Shown one piece after another: positions 27,626 to 36,932 of a stretch of DNA of 64,000 nt. Below the pieces are notes generated by a model. The model was not told the origin of the DNA. It saw nothing but the letters and a program-made list of their open reading frames with translations, and searched no databases. Position 1 is the stretch's first letter, and the number at the start of each line of letters is the position of its first letter. The position numbers and the translations under genes were made by a program. The stretch comes from an uncultured bacterium (GTDB lineage: Bacteria; Cyanobacteriota; Vampirovibrionia; Gastranaerophilales; Gastranaerophilaceae). The DNA lies in assembly GCA_949286705.1 (NCBI GenBank), contig CASEDF010000006.1, positions 181,809-245,808 of the forward strand, given 5' to 3'.

Positions 27626-29087
27626 AGAACTTATTGAATATCTTGATTATAAAGACCTTGTAAATTTCAAAAGCGTTGAAGTCAGCGGAATTTCGTATAA
27701 TTCCCAGACAACAAAAAAAGGCGACATTTTTATATGTCTTGCTGGTGAACATACAGACGGTCACGAATATGCGCAAATGGCAATTGATAACGGTGCCGTT
27801 GCACTTCTTGTCGAAAGACCGCTGGATATCAAAATTCCGCAGGTAGTTGTATCTAATACCCGCCACAAAATTGCGGATATTGCTGACAGGTTCTATTCAA
27901 GACCCTCTTTAGGCTTAAATTTAATCGGTATTACCGGAACAAACGGAAAAACAACCGTAACTCATTTAATCCAGCGTATTTTTGAGGAAAATAATCAAAA
28001 ATGTGCACTTATCGGTACTTTAGGATACAAATTATCCTCAAACGGAGAATACCGTGACGCAAAACACACAACACCTCAGGCACCCGAATTACAGGCCACA
28101 TTGAGAATGATTAAGGATGTTGAAAAAATTGATAATGTTGTGATGGAAGTAAGTTCCCACGCGCTTGAACAAAATAGAGTCGGCGGCTGCAGATTTGACG
28201 GAGCAGTGTTTACAAACCTGACACAGGATCATCTGGATTACCATATTACAATGGAAAATTATTTCAACGCAAAGGCAATTTTATTCAAAAACCTTAAGGA
28301 AGGCTGTTTTGCAGTTATAAACATTGATGACGCATACGGCGAAAGATTTTTAAACGTTGTGCCTGAAGGAGTCAGAAAATACACCTACGGTGTAAAAAAT
28401 ACAGCGGATGTTATGGCAAAGGATATTGAATTTTCTTTAAACGGTGCTGAATTTACACTTGTGACAAAAGACGGTGAATACAAAGTCAGCCTTCACATGA
28501 ACGGTATGTTCAGCGTTTATAACGTACTTGCAGCTATTACAACGGCAATTGCTCAAGGAATTGAGATAAAAACAGCACTTAAAGCGCTGGAAAACGTAAA
28601 AGGAGTTGCCGGAAGGTTTGAAGTTGTGGCTAAAAAGCCGTTGGTAATCGTGGATTATGCACACACGCCCGACGGTTTGGAAAACGTTTTAAATTCAGCA
28701 AGAGAAATTACGCCGAAAGACGGGCATTTAATCTGTTTGTTTGGCTGCGGCGGCGACAGAGATGCCACAAAACGTCCGAAGATGGGTGCAATTGCAGAAA
28801 GAATTGCCGACAAAATAGTGATTACATCAGATAACCCAAGAAGCGAAGACCCGCAGCAAATTATAACCGATATAATCGCGGGTTTAAAATCAACAGATCC
28901 TGAAAAAGTTACGGTAGAACCCGACAGAGGCCGTGCAATCGAATTGTTGAAAACGATTTCAGGTAATAATGATGTTATAGTTATTGCAGGAAAAGGTCAC
29001 GAGGATTATCAAATCTTAAAAGACAGAACAATCCATTTTGATGACCGTGAAGAAGCACGAAAAGTTTTTGAAGGAACAGCAGTTTAA
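27615..29087 (+). CDS. murE: UDP-MurNAc-L-Ala-D-Glu:meso-DAP ligase
   Basis: 490 aa with GITGTNGKTT P-loop and the DNPR motif (ITSDNPRSEDP) typical of DAP-adding MurE. Confidence 0.95.
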   Translation: MKLEELIEYLDYKDLVNFKSVEVSGISYNSQTTKKGDIFICLAGEHTDGHEYAQMAIDNGAVALLVERPLDIKIPQVVVSNTRHKIADIADRFYSRPSLGLNLIGITGTNGKTTVTHLIQRIFEENNQKCALIGTLGYKLSSNGEYRDAKHTTPQAPELQATLRMIKDVEKIDNVVMEVSSHALEQNRVGGCRFDGAVFTNLTQDHLDYHITMENYFNAKAILFKNLKEGCFAVINIDDAYGERFLNVVPEGVRKYTYGVKNTADVMAKDIEFSLNGAEFTLVTKDGEYKVSLHMNGMFSVYNVLAAITTAIAQGIEIKTALKALENVKGVAGRFEVVAKKPLVIVDYAHTPDGLENVLNSAREITPKDGHLICLFGCGGDRDATKRPKMGAIAERIADKIVITSDNPRSEDPQQIITDIIAGLKSTDPEKVTVEPDRGRAIELLKTISGNNDVIVIAGKGHEDYQILKDRTIHFDDREEARKVFEGTAV

Positions 29088-29839
29088 TAATTCATCTTCC
29101 GTTCTTGAAAAATTCTATAAGCACAGCTGTAACCTTTTTTATCGGATTCACAGGTATTTCTTTGATCTATTCCGTTATCAAGGAAAGGTTCATTTGTATA
29201 AGGAAGAATTTTTCCGTGTCCATCTTTTTTCATATACAACCAGAACACATCCCTGCCAATTTGATTAGGTCCGCTTTTGCCGTTTACATCTATAGTAAAC
29301 AATAAATCAGGCTGTCCCCAGAAAACCCCGACATTACTTTCCTTAAAACGCAAGCCTATAACCGCGCCATCAGATAAAATAAATTGATAATTTAGGTGAA
29401 ATAGTCTACAGTTTACATGATCTGTAACACTTGTACCTGTTTCGCCGTTTAGATACTTATAGTCATAAGGATTCACATGACATTCATTTTCAATACTATC
29501 ACTGATAGGTTCACATTCGCCGATAATCTTCAATTTTTTTCTGTATAAATCCACTATACGTTCATTATCAATATTGGTGCCGTCGTTTTGATAGTAGTCA
29601 GTCCAACTCCATTGTGCAGGATCTCCTTCTTCAGCGATTATCATATTTGTAGCATTTTGTAAAACAGAATACGTTTTGAATAATCTTTCTACATATCCTC
29701 TGTTTGAAATATTCGTAACAAGTGTAGGAATGGTTATGGCTGCCACTATGCCGATAATGCCTAAAGTTATTAATACTTCGGCAAGCGTAAAAGCAATTTT
29801 AGAACTATAATTCTTCATATACGAATTATAATTTAACAT
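29084..29839 (-). CDS. Type IV pilin-like protein C
   Basis: ...KI-AFTLAEVLITLGIIGIVAAITIP, C-terminal IDVNGKSGPNQIGRDVFW. The consensus promoter at 29825-29853 implies the in-frame ATG 29818 (MKNYSSKI-AFTLAEV) is the start on the proximal transcript. Confidence 0.8.
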   Translation of the reverse strand: MLNYNSYMKNYSSKIAFTLAEVLITLGIIGIVAAITIPTLVTNISNRGYVERLFKTYSVLQNATNMIIAEEGDPAQWSWTDYYQNDGTNIDNERIVDLYRKKLKIIGECEPISDSIENECHVNPYDYKYLNGETGTSVTDHVNCRLFHLNYQFILSDGAVIGLRFKESNVGVFWGQPDLLFTIDVNGKSGPNQIGRDVFWLYMKKDGHGKILPYTNEPFLDNGIDQRNTCESDKKGYSCAYRIFQERKMNY

Positions 29840-29853
29840 TTTTATCTTGTCAA
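29825..29853 (-). promoter_or_regulatory. Perfect sigma-70 consensus promoter, 6 nt upstream of ATG 29818
   Basis: Minus strand reads TTGACA (29853..29848) - 17 nt - TATAAT (29830..29825) - tcgtat - ATG. Confidence 0.65.
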
Positions 29854-29901
29854 ACTCTCCGCAGGCAAACAGCGCACCCCCAAAAGCCTTACTATATCTA
29901 C

Positions 29902-29949
29902 TTAGAAAGGTCGCCCCCCCCCGTTATTCATATCTTCAACATACGCCAT
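29902..29949 (-). other. SD-led mini-ORF containing a G9 tract (MAYVEDMNNGGGRPF*)
   Basis: GGAGG, then 6 nt, then ATG (29949..29947), then G9, then stop TAA at 29904..29902. Confidence 0.5.
29914..29922 (-). repeat. Homopolymer G9 (C9 on plus strand)
   Basis: Counted directly: aggtcg-ccccccccc-gttattc. Confidence 0.95.
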
Positions 29950-29972
29950 AGCTTTCCTCCGTCTTTTTAAGT

Positions 29973-30001
29973 ATTATAACAGTATTTCAAATTTTTTGCA
30001 A
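29973..30001 (-). promoter_or_regulatory. Distal promoter TTGCAA-N17-TATAAT for the mini-ORF leader
   Basis: Minus strand reads ttgcaa aaaatttgaaatactgt tataat, 12 nt upstream of GGAGG. Confidence 0.5.
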
Positions 30002-30030
30002 CATAATAGTATTTGGAATATAATAGACTT

Positions 30031-30939
30031 ATGAAAACGAAACTAATAATTGAACAGCATTTTCATGGTGCTTTTGGAGTAAATTTTAATGACTGCACGG
30101 TAGACGATATTTTGTATTTATCAAAAGAGATTACAAAATACGGAATTGGCGGGATTTTCCCGACGCTTGCGACTGACACGGTTGAAAACATTAAAAATCA
30201 GATTAATAAAATCAAACAGGCTGCTGAAATACAGACATCAGGAATGGCAAAAATTTTCGGCATTCATCTGGAGGGTATTTTTCTTAACCCCGAAAAAAAA
30301 GGCATACATGACGAAAAATTATTCTTAAAACCCACAATTGAAAACTATAAGCTGATTGAAGATGATTTTATAAAAATTCTCACCTATGCGCCTGAATTTG
30401 ACGAAAATTTTGCACTTGCGAAGTACTTATTGACAAAAGACGTAAAAATTCAAGCCGGACACTGCACCGGCGGTGATTTGTCATACTGCGACGGAGCAAC
30501 ACATCTTTTCAATGCTATGTCGGGAATTGTACAAAGAGGAACGTCAACGGCACTCACGGCTTTAACCGACGACAGCATTTATACGGAAATTATCGCAGAC
30601 GGAGTACATATTTCGGATTCGATTATAAGGCTTATCTTCAAGGCAAAACCTATTGACAAAATTCTTTTAATATCAGACTGCCTGCCGATTACAAAAAGCA
30701 ATTTAAAAGAAATGGAATTTGAGGGTGAAACCATTTATTTTGACGGCGAAAAAGCAACATCAAAAGACGGCACGCTTGCGGGAAGCACAAAACTTTTACC
30801 TGATATAATAAAGCGGCTCGGGCTTATGGGGCTTTTTACCCCGCAATTAATTGAAAATATTTACGCTTATCACAATATAGATTTGACAGGCGGAATTGAA
30901 TGGGACGAACATTTTAATATTGTGAAAGTGAATTTATAA
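30031..30939 (+). CDS. N-acetylglucosamine-6-phosphate deacetylase-like amidohydrolase
   Basis: EQHFHGAFG (HxH), [31 protein letters not shown]. Shorter than a typical NagA. ATG 30031 lies inside ORF 30013..30939. Confidence 0.6.
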   Translation: MKTKLIIEQHFHGAFGVNFNDCTVDDILYLSKEITKYGIGGIFPTLATDTVENIKNQINKIKQAAEIQTSGMAKIFGIHLEGIFLNPEKKGIHDEKLFLKPTIENYKLIEDDFIKILTYAPEFDENFALAKYLLTKDVKIQAGHCTGGDLSYCDGATHLFNAMSGIVQRGTSTALTALTDDSIYTEIIADGVHISDSIIRLIFKAKPIDKILLISDCLPITKSNLKEMEFEGETIYFDGEKATSKDGTLAGSTKLLPDIIKRLGLMGLFTPQLIENIYAYHNIDLTGGIEWDEHFNIVKVNL

Positions 30940-30947
30940 AGGAATTT

Positions 30948-32600
30948 ATGAGAAGTGACAGTATAAAAAAAGGATTAGCAAGGACACCACACCGCGGGCT
31001 TTTAATGGCAGCGGGCGTGAGCCGGAAAAATATGGATGCTCCGTTTATCGGGATAGCAAGTTCATTTTCGGATTTGGTACCCGGACATATTACAATGCGG
31101 GATCTGGAACGTCAGATTGAAAAAGGAATTCACACAGCAGGCGGACAGGCATTTGTTTTCGGGGTTCCTGCAATTTGCGACGGAATTGCAATGGGGCATA
31201 GCGGAATGAGATATTCGCTTCCTTCAAGGGATTTGATAGCTGACTGTGTGGAAAGTGTCGCGTCAGCGCATCAGCTTGACGGGTTAGTTTTGCTTTCAAA
31301 TTGCGATAAAATCACACCCGGAATGCTTATAGCCGCATTAAGATTAAATATTCCGACAATAGTTGTAACTGCAGGTCCTATGCTGGACGGGACATGCAGA
31401 GGCGAAAATAAACTTACAATGGTTACAGGCTCATTTGAAGCTGTAGGAAGGTTCAGAAAGGGCGAAATTACAAAAGAACATTTGCTTGATATGGAAGAAA
31501 ATTCCTGCCCGTCAGCAGGTGCCTGTCAGGGGATGTATACAGCAAATACAATGGCATGTTTGACGGAAGTTCTTGGAATGAGTCTGCCGTATTGCTCATC
31601 ATCATCCGTTGTATCATCTCAAAAAGCCAGAATAGCTTTTGAAAGCGGGATGCAAATTGTCGAACTTGTAAAAAAAGACATTAAACCCTCTGATATTATT
31701 ACAAAAGAATCAATGACAAACGCAATAATAACGGATTTGGCTCTCGGCGGATCTACAAATACGTTTTTGCATTTGCTTGCAATCGCGAACGCAGGCGGAA
31801 TTGATATAACAATTGATGATTTTGACAGATTAAGCCGTGAAATTCATCAAATTGTAAAAATTAACCCGTCATCAACGCTTACAATGACAGATTTTCATTA
31901 TGCAGGCGGAATTCCTGCGGTTATGAAGGCTTTAAAAGATATTTTAAATAAAAATACCAAAAACGTAAGCTGTTTGAATATTAAAGATATAATCAAAAGT
32001 GCTGATGCCAACACTAATATTATTCCTCCGTATGATAAATCAGGCTATACCCAATCAGGATTAGGTGTTTTGTACGGCAATCTGGCAAAAGACGGATGTG
32101 TTACAAAGATTTCCGGAATTGACCCTGAATGCTACACCTTTGAAGGCACTGCAAAAACCTTTGACAGCGAAGAAGCTGCAATGAAAGCGCTTGAAGATGA
32201 CAAAATTAAGGCGGGCGATGTTATAATAATCCGCTATGAAGGTCCTGTCGGAGGTCCCGGTATGCGGGAAATGCTTGCCCCGACAGCACTTCTTGTCGGA
32301 AAAGGTTTGGGAAAAACCTGCGCGCTTATTACTGACGGAAGATTTTCCGGTGCTACACGCGGGATTTGTATAGGTCATGTCTGCCCTGAGGCTGCAAAAG
32401 GCGGGGTTATTGCGCTTATTCAAGACGGTGACGGGATTAAAATTGACATTCCAAACCGCTCAATTGAGCTTCTGGTCGATGGAAAAACTCTTGACGAGCG
32501 CAGAAAAAATCTTAAACCTTTTGAATTAAAGGTCAAGTCAGGTTACCTTGCAAAATATGCAAAAAATGTCGGAGATGCTTCTCATGGGGCGCTGGTGTAA
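30948..32600 (+). CDS. ilvD: Dihydroxy-acid dehydratase
   Basis: 550 aa with [32 protein letters not shown] motifs. Confidence 0.95.
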   Translation: MRSDSIKKGLARTPHRGLLMAAGVSRKNMDAPFIGIASSFSDLVPGHITMRDLERQIEKGIHTAGGQAFVFGVPAICDGIAMGHSGMRYSLPSRDLIADCVESVASAHQLDGLVLLSNCDKITPGMLIAALRLNIPTIVVTAGPMLDGTCRGENKLTMVTGSFEAVGRFRKGEITKEHLLDMEENSCPSAGACQGMYTANTMACLTEVLGMSLPYCSSSSVVSSQKARIAFESGMQIVELVKKDIKPSDIITKESMTNAIITDLALGGSTNTFLHLLAIANAGGIDITIDDFDRLSREIHQIVKINPSSTLTMTDFHYAGGIPAVMKALKDILNKNTKNVSCLNIKDIIKSADANTNIIPPYDKSGYTQSGLGVLYGNLAKDGCVTKISGIDPECYTFEGTAKTFDSEEAAMKALEDDKIKAGDVIIIRYEGPVGGPGMREMLAPTALLVGKGLGKTCALITDGRFSGATRGICIGHVCPEAAKGGVIALIQDGDGIKIDIPNRSIELLVDGKTLDERRKNLKPFELKVKSGYLAKYAKNVGDASHGALV

Positions 32601-32613
32601 AAATAATCAATTT

Positions 32614-32688
32614 AAAGCAGGTAATCAGTTTTCAGACGACGCTCTCACCTCCGGCTACGCTATTGTCTTCAAACTAATTACCTGCTTT
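32614..32688. repeat. Hairpin element copy C
   Basis: Stem AAAGCAGGTAATCAGTTT / AAACTAATTACCTGCTTT. Apex TCAGACGACGCTCTCACCTCCGGCTACGCTATTGTCTTC. Immediately after ilvD. Confidence 0.8.
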
Positions 32689-32709
32689 TACAAAAATATA
32701 TAAGGTCAT

Positions 32710-33792
32710 ATGAAAAAACTATCGGATTTCGCAGATGATATAAATAAATGTTCCAAATGCGGCAAATGTCAGGAGGTTTGCCCTGTTTATAAATTAACAG
32801 GCAATGACTGTGCGGTTTCCCGCGGGAAATTTGTTATGCTGCAAGGGGTTTTGAAAGGTGAGCTTAAACTTTCCAAAACCATAGAAAAATACCTTGACTT
32901 ATGCCTAAAGTGCGGCAAGTGCAAGGATTTTTGCCCGTCAGACATTGATGTTTGCGAAATCTTTAACACGGCAAAACATGAATATGTAAAAGATAAATTC
33001 TACGGCAAAATTACGCGTTTTTTGCAGTCACCGAAAGTTTTTGATAAAATATTAAATATTTTTAGGCTTTTGCACAAATTTACAAGATGTGAGATCCTGA
33101 AACCAGTTCAGGATGACGGAAAAGTCAGACTTTTGTATTTCAAAGGCTGTGCAAATGCGCTTAACCCTAAATCCGAAAACGCAATGAAAAAAGTCCTTGC
33201 GCATTATGACGTTGAACTTATTGAAAAAGATTTTGAATGCTGCGGGGTGCCTTTTTTATCAAGCGGAAATCCGGAGCGCTATGAAGAAGTAAAAAAACAT
33301 AACCTCGACCTTTTGAAAGGCGGCTATGACTATGTTATAACCGATTGCGCGAGCTGTGAAAGTGCCTTGAAAAACTATCAATCTGCTGAAAATATTATCA
33401 ATATCTGCCATTTTCTAGCGATTCAAAATAAAAAATTTGTATTTAAAAAACCCTTAAAGGTGACTTTCCACAAACCCTGCCACCTGAAATCCGATGCGTT
33501 TTTGAAACCTTTATTTGCAAAATGCGAAAATATAGAATACATTGAAGCAAAGGATTACGACGAATGCTGCGGATTCGCCGGCGAATTTGCACTTCGTAAC
33601 CCGAAATTGTCTTTTCAAATGACGCGGCAAAAAGCCAAAAACCTTGCCGATACAGGTGCAGATGTAATTTTAACCGCCTGCCCCGCCTGTATAATCGGAA
33701 TTCATCAGGGATTTTTAGGCAAAAAACATCCGAAAATTATGAATTTGATTGAATTTTTAGCGCTTGCGGATGAAATTATTGAGGGTAAATAG
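32710..33792 (+). CDS. (Fe-S)-binding oxidoreductase subunit, GlcF/LutA/HdrD-like (2x[4Fe-4S] plus 2 CCG domains)
   Basis: CSKCGKCQEVCP and CLKCGKCKDFCP motifs, then two cysteine-rich CCG repeats (FECCG, DECCGFAG). Confidence 0.75.
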   Translation: MKKLSDFADDINKCSKCGKCQEVCPVYKLTGNDCAVSRGKFVMLQGVLKGELKLSKTIEKYLDLCLKCGKCKDFCPSDIDVCEIFNTAKHEYVKDKFYGKITRFLQSPKVFDKILNIFRLLHKFTRCEILKPVQDDGKVRLLYFKGCANALNPKSENAMKKVLAHYDVELIEKDFECCGVPFLSSGNPERYEEVKKHNLDLLKGGYDYVITDCASCESALKNYQSAENIINICHFLAIQNKKFVFKKPLKVTFHKPCHLKSDAFLKPLFAKCENIEYIEAKDYDECCGFAGEFALRNPKLSFQMTRQKAKNLADTGADVILTACPACIIGIHQGFLGKKHPKIMNLIEFLALADEIIEGK

Positions 33793-33991
33793 TATTCAAA
33801 TCAATCCCCAGCGCCTTACAAATCCGGATGACAATAACAATAGTCGGATTTGCCTTGCGGTTTTCTATCATATTAAGGTATTTTGTCGAAATATCAACCA
33901 TTTCCGCAAGCTTTTCCTGAGATATTCTGCGCTGTAAACGTGCCATACGTATATTATCGGAGACTTTATCCAAAATAACCTTATCATTCAT
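33776..33991 (-). CDS. XRE-family HTH transcriptional regulator (71 aa)
   Basis: ARLQRRISQEKLAEMVDISTKYLNMIENRKANPTI. Divergent from pilin-like gene D. Confidence 0.8.
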   Translation of the reverse strand: MNDKVILDKVSDNIRMARLQRRISQEKLAEMVDISTKYLNMIENRKANPTIVIVIRICKALGIDLNTIYPQ

Positions 33992-34009
33992 AGGTTAATT
34001 TTACACAGA

Positions 34010-34037
34010 TTGACAAAATAAATATATCTATTATAAT
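34010..34037 (+). promoter_or_regulatory. Near-consensus promoter TTGACA-N16-TATAAT facing pilin-like gene D
   Basis: TTGACA 34010-34015, TATAAT 34032-34037. Confidence 0.5.
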
Positions 34038-34046
34038 TCATATTAT

Positions 34047-34100
34047 AGAATTATATTTTAATAAGAAGAATTATATTTCAATATTAAAGAATTATAATAC
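34047..34100 (+). repeat. Three direct repeats AGAATTATA(T/A)(T/A)T at 20-21 bp phasing
   Basis: Copies start at 34047, 34067 and 34088. Related ATTATAAT/ACTATAA motifs continue at 34030, 34125 and 34146. Confidence 0.6.
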
Positions 34101-34160
34101 ACGTTGTATTTATCCTTAAAATGATTTATAATTCAGATATATTAAACTATAAATGGAGGA

Positions 34161-35222
34161 TTGATAAAGAAAAAGGGTTTTACTTTAGCAGAAGTTTTAA
34201 TTACGCTGGCAATTATCGGTGTTGTTGCGGCTATGACCATTCCGACATTAATTCAAAATTATCAGAAACACGCTTGGAATACAGCCTCTATGGTCTTTCA
34301 ACGAAAACTCGGCGATGCTTTAACAGTTATGAATTCTCAAGGTACTCTTGCAGGATATTCGTCTACTGAAGATTTCGTTGCTGAATTAGCAAAACATATG
34401 AAAATTTCCAAAATCTGCCGGAATAATGACCTTATGTCCTGTTTTTCCGATAAAGTATTCTGGGGTACTGAAAATGAAGAAATTGATATGACTAAAGTTA
34501 AAACCGTTAAAGACTTTGGAAGAGATGATTGGGAAGATACCGACATTATAGGCACTATGTTTGCTGACGGTACTACCGGACTTATTGCATATAACAAAGG
34601 CTGCAGGCAGGATCCTTATAGTAACAGAGTTATTACGACATCAAAAGAGGGTATCGGTACTGATTGTTTAGCTATTCTATATGATACCACAGGGTTTAAA
34701 ACTCCTAATACGCAGCAAGAAGATTTGAGAGGGTTAAATATTAAAAGTCTTGGGGGCAGCAGCTGTGCATTTGAAATTAACGGGATTTGTTTTACGGCGC
34801 CTTTTACGCCTGCTCCAATCACTATAGCCGAGTGCGAAAAACTTAAAGACGAGCTCCAAATACAAGAATGCCACTATGATGATGACTATTGGGCGGGAGC
34901 AGTCAAAACATGTGGAGGGGTAAATAAAATGCCAACTATGGCACAAATAGCTGAAATTGCTAATTATATATTTAACACATCTGATATTGGCGCCTATACA
35001 GATAAAATTAATAATGTAACACTTGATTATAATAAAGCTGCTGATCTGGGATTCACAGTTACACAAAATTCATCCTTTCTCATCTGGTCAAATGAAGAAA
35101 CTACGAATGATCCAGATGGATTAGGCTTAGCTTCTTCACGTGATTTTTATCCAACAGAAACAATGTGGAACAATGGAGCTCGTTTTTTTGACGCTCCGCA
35201 GGCAGTTTGCCTTGGTGATTAA
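34161..35222 (+). CDS. Type IV pilin-like protein D
   Basis: 353 aa starting (TTG)IKKKG-FTLAEVLITLAIIGVVAAMTIP, a classical short basic leader with Gly at -1. The start codon is uncertain (see findings). Confidence 0.75.
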   Translation: MIKKKGFTLAEVLITLAIIGVVAAMTIPTLIQNYQKHAWNTASMVFQRKLGDALTVMNSQGTLAGYSSTEDFVAELAKHMKISKICRNNDLMSCFSDKVFWGTENEEIDMTKVKTVKDFGRDDWEDTDIIGTMFADGTTGLIAYNKGCRQDPYSNRVITTSKEGIGTDCLAILYDTTGFKTPNTQQEDLRGLNIKSLGGSSCAFEINGICFTAPFTPAPITIAECEKLKDELQIQECHYDDDYWAGAVKTCGGVNKMPTMAQIAEIANYIFNTSDIGAYTDKINNVTLDYNKAADLGFTVTQNSSFLIWSNEETTNDPDGLGLASSRDFYPTETMWNNGARFFDAPQAVCLGD

Positions 35223-35239
35223 ATATTCACCAGCCTGAA

Positions 35240-35447
35240 CGTATCTGCTAAAATTTTCTGTCGGATTAGTAAATCGACCTACAGCAACAGATACGGGATG
35301 ACGCGTAAGACAAGCAGGTTGAGCAAGTATGCTCAACAATGATCCGTCATACCGGACTTGTTCCGGTATCTCCTGAAAGCTCCCTCTCCCGAAAGGGTGG
35401 AATTTCTTAACGAACTTGTGAGTTTAGAAATTCGGGTGAGGGTTTTT
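35240..35447 (+). ncRNA. Candidate structured RNA (four hairpin domains ending in a stem plus U-run), function unknown
   Basis: Stems 35240-47/35288-95; 35298-303/35345-50 enclosing 35318-25/35330-37 (AGUA loop); 35349-56/35362-69; 35382-91/35433-42 enclosing 35400-07/35426-33; then T5 at 35443-47. GC well above the surroundings. No credible ORF. Confidence 0.3.
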
Positions 35448-35463
35448 CGGTAATACGTAAAAC

Positions 35464-36270
35464 TTACGCGCCTAATTCGTGGGCTTTTTTGGCGGTTTCA
35501 TCTATTACGTCGTAGAATAATTTATCCGAATTTTCGTTATTCATTACGCTTATGCCGACAAATGTACAGCCCCCTTTGGTTGCTACATTATCGATCAAAT
35601 TCTGCACCGTTAATTCGCCTTTATTGAATACCATTTTAGCAGAGCCTAAGGCTGTTTGGGTTGCAAGAAGCAAAGATTTTTCGTAATCCAAGCCTAATTT
35701 TTCTCCCGCACGCGCCATATCTTCTATAACTTTATAGAAAAATGCAGGACCGGAGCCAGAAATAGCTGTCACAATATCAATTTGTTTTTCGTCAACTTCA
35801 ATACATTTTCCGATATTTGAAAGTAATTTCATTACAAATGCAGCGTCCTCATCACGCGCGAATTCGCCTTTGCAAATTCCGCTCATACCTTCCAGAACTA
35901 AAGCCGGAGTATTTGGCATTACACGGATTACGCGCTTTTGACCTATAATTTTTTCGATTTTGGATGTGCTTACCCCCGCAGCGATTGATACAACCAATTT
36001 TTCAGGCGTAATCTCTCTTTTTATTTCTTCCAAAATCGTCGGAACATAATTAGGTTTTACAGCGAGAAAAATTACGTCGCTATCCATTACAAGCATTCTG
36101 TTATCGGTCAAAACAGGAACTCCAAGCCTCTCTTGAGCGAGTTCCGCAATCTCGCAGTTGATTTCGGATCCTTTAATTTCGTATTTTTCACCGCAGCATG
36201 AGGAGGTAATCCCTTTGATAATAGCGCTTGCCATTTTTCCGCATCCGATAAAACCTATTTTTTTGTTCAT
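35464..36270 (-). CDS. proC: Pyrroline-5-carboxylate reductase
   Basis: 268 aa with IGFIGCGKMASAI Rossmann motif and a P5CR dimerisation domain. Confidence 0.9.
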   Translation of the reverse strand: MNKKIGFIGCGKMASAIIKGITSSCCGEKYEIKGSEINCEIAELAQERLGVPVLTDNRMLVMDSDVIFLAVKPNYVPTILEEIKREITPEKLVVSIAAGVSTSKIEKIIGQKRVIRVMPNTPALVLEGMSGICKGEFARDEDAAFVMKLLSNIGKCIEVDEKQIDIVTAISGSGPAFFYKVIEDMARAGEKLGLDYEKSLLLATQTALGSAKMVFNKGELTVQNLIDNVATKGGCTFVGISVMNNENSDKLFYDVIDETAKKAHELGA

Positions 36271-36366
36271 ATTATTTAACCTCTCCTTTGTTTTTTGTTG
36301 ACTAATAATTTTTTTTCATCTAACATAAAAATCATACGACAAATATAAATAAAAAGGAATTAGAAA

Positions 36367-36519
36367 ATGAGACGTACACTAGAAGGAACGAAAGTAAAAA
36401 GACAGCACGTAAGCGGTTTCAGAGCAAGAATGGCAACCCCGGGCGGCAGAGAAGTTTTGAACAGACGCCGCGCTAAAGGTCGTCACAAATTAGCTATCAC
36501 TGCTAAAGAACGTGCTTAA
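36367..36519 (+). CDS. rpmH: 50S ribosomal protein L34
   Basis: Not in ORF track (50 aa). [50 protein letters not shown]. Upstream of rnpA as usual. Confidence 0.9.
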   Translation: MRRTLEGTKVKRQHVSGFRARMATPGGREVLNRRRAKGRHKLAITAKERA

Positions 36520-36578
36520 TATTTGAGCATATTGTGCTTTTATATCAAAATTTTTAATAACGAAAGGCGGATTTTTAA

Positions 36579-36932
36579 ATGTTACCTAAACAATACAGAT
36601 TAAAAAACAGATCCGCTTTTAAAGCTACATACAGAGTTAAAAATTCCTTCCATAAGGGAGGAATAAGTTTGTTTATAGGGATTTTAAAAAAAGATGACAG
36701 TCCCACGAAAGTCGGTTTTGTCGTAAGCAAAAAGGTTCATAAGCGCGCAGTTAAAAGGAACCGGCTGAAAAGGCTTATGCGGGAAAGTTACAGGCTTTTA
36801 TTAAAAGAAAATAATCTGGGGAATTCGCAAAAATATTTGTCGTTAATCTTTGTCGGAACGGATAAGGCTCTCGGCAAAAGTTTCAAAGAAATTAACGCAA
36901 GTATAAAAAAACTTGTTCAAGGGGTTCAATAA
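36579..36932 (+). CDS. rnpA: Ribonuclease P protein component
   Basis: 117 aa with VGFVVSKKVHKRAVKRNRLKRLMRE (RNR motif). Confidence 0.85.
   Translation: MLPKQYRLKNRSAFKATYRVKNSFHKGGISLFIGILKKDDSPTKVGFVVSKKVHKRAVKRNRLKRLMRESYRLLLKENNLGNSQKYLSLIFVGTDKALGKSFKEINASIKKLVQGVQ

Noticed and set aside
36271-36366. Replication origin or DnaA boxes next to rpmH-rnpA
   Set aside because: There is no TTATCCACA-like box and no dnaA gene in the window. Only a plausible rpmH promoter (TTGACT-N17-TAACAT) is present.
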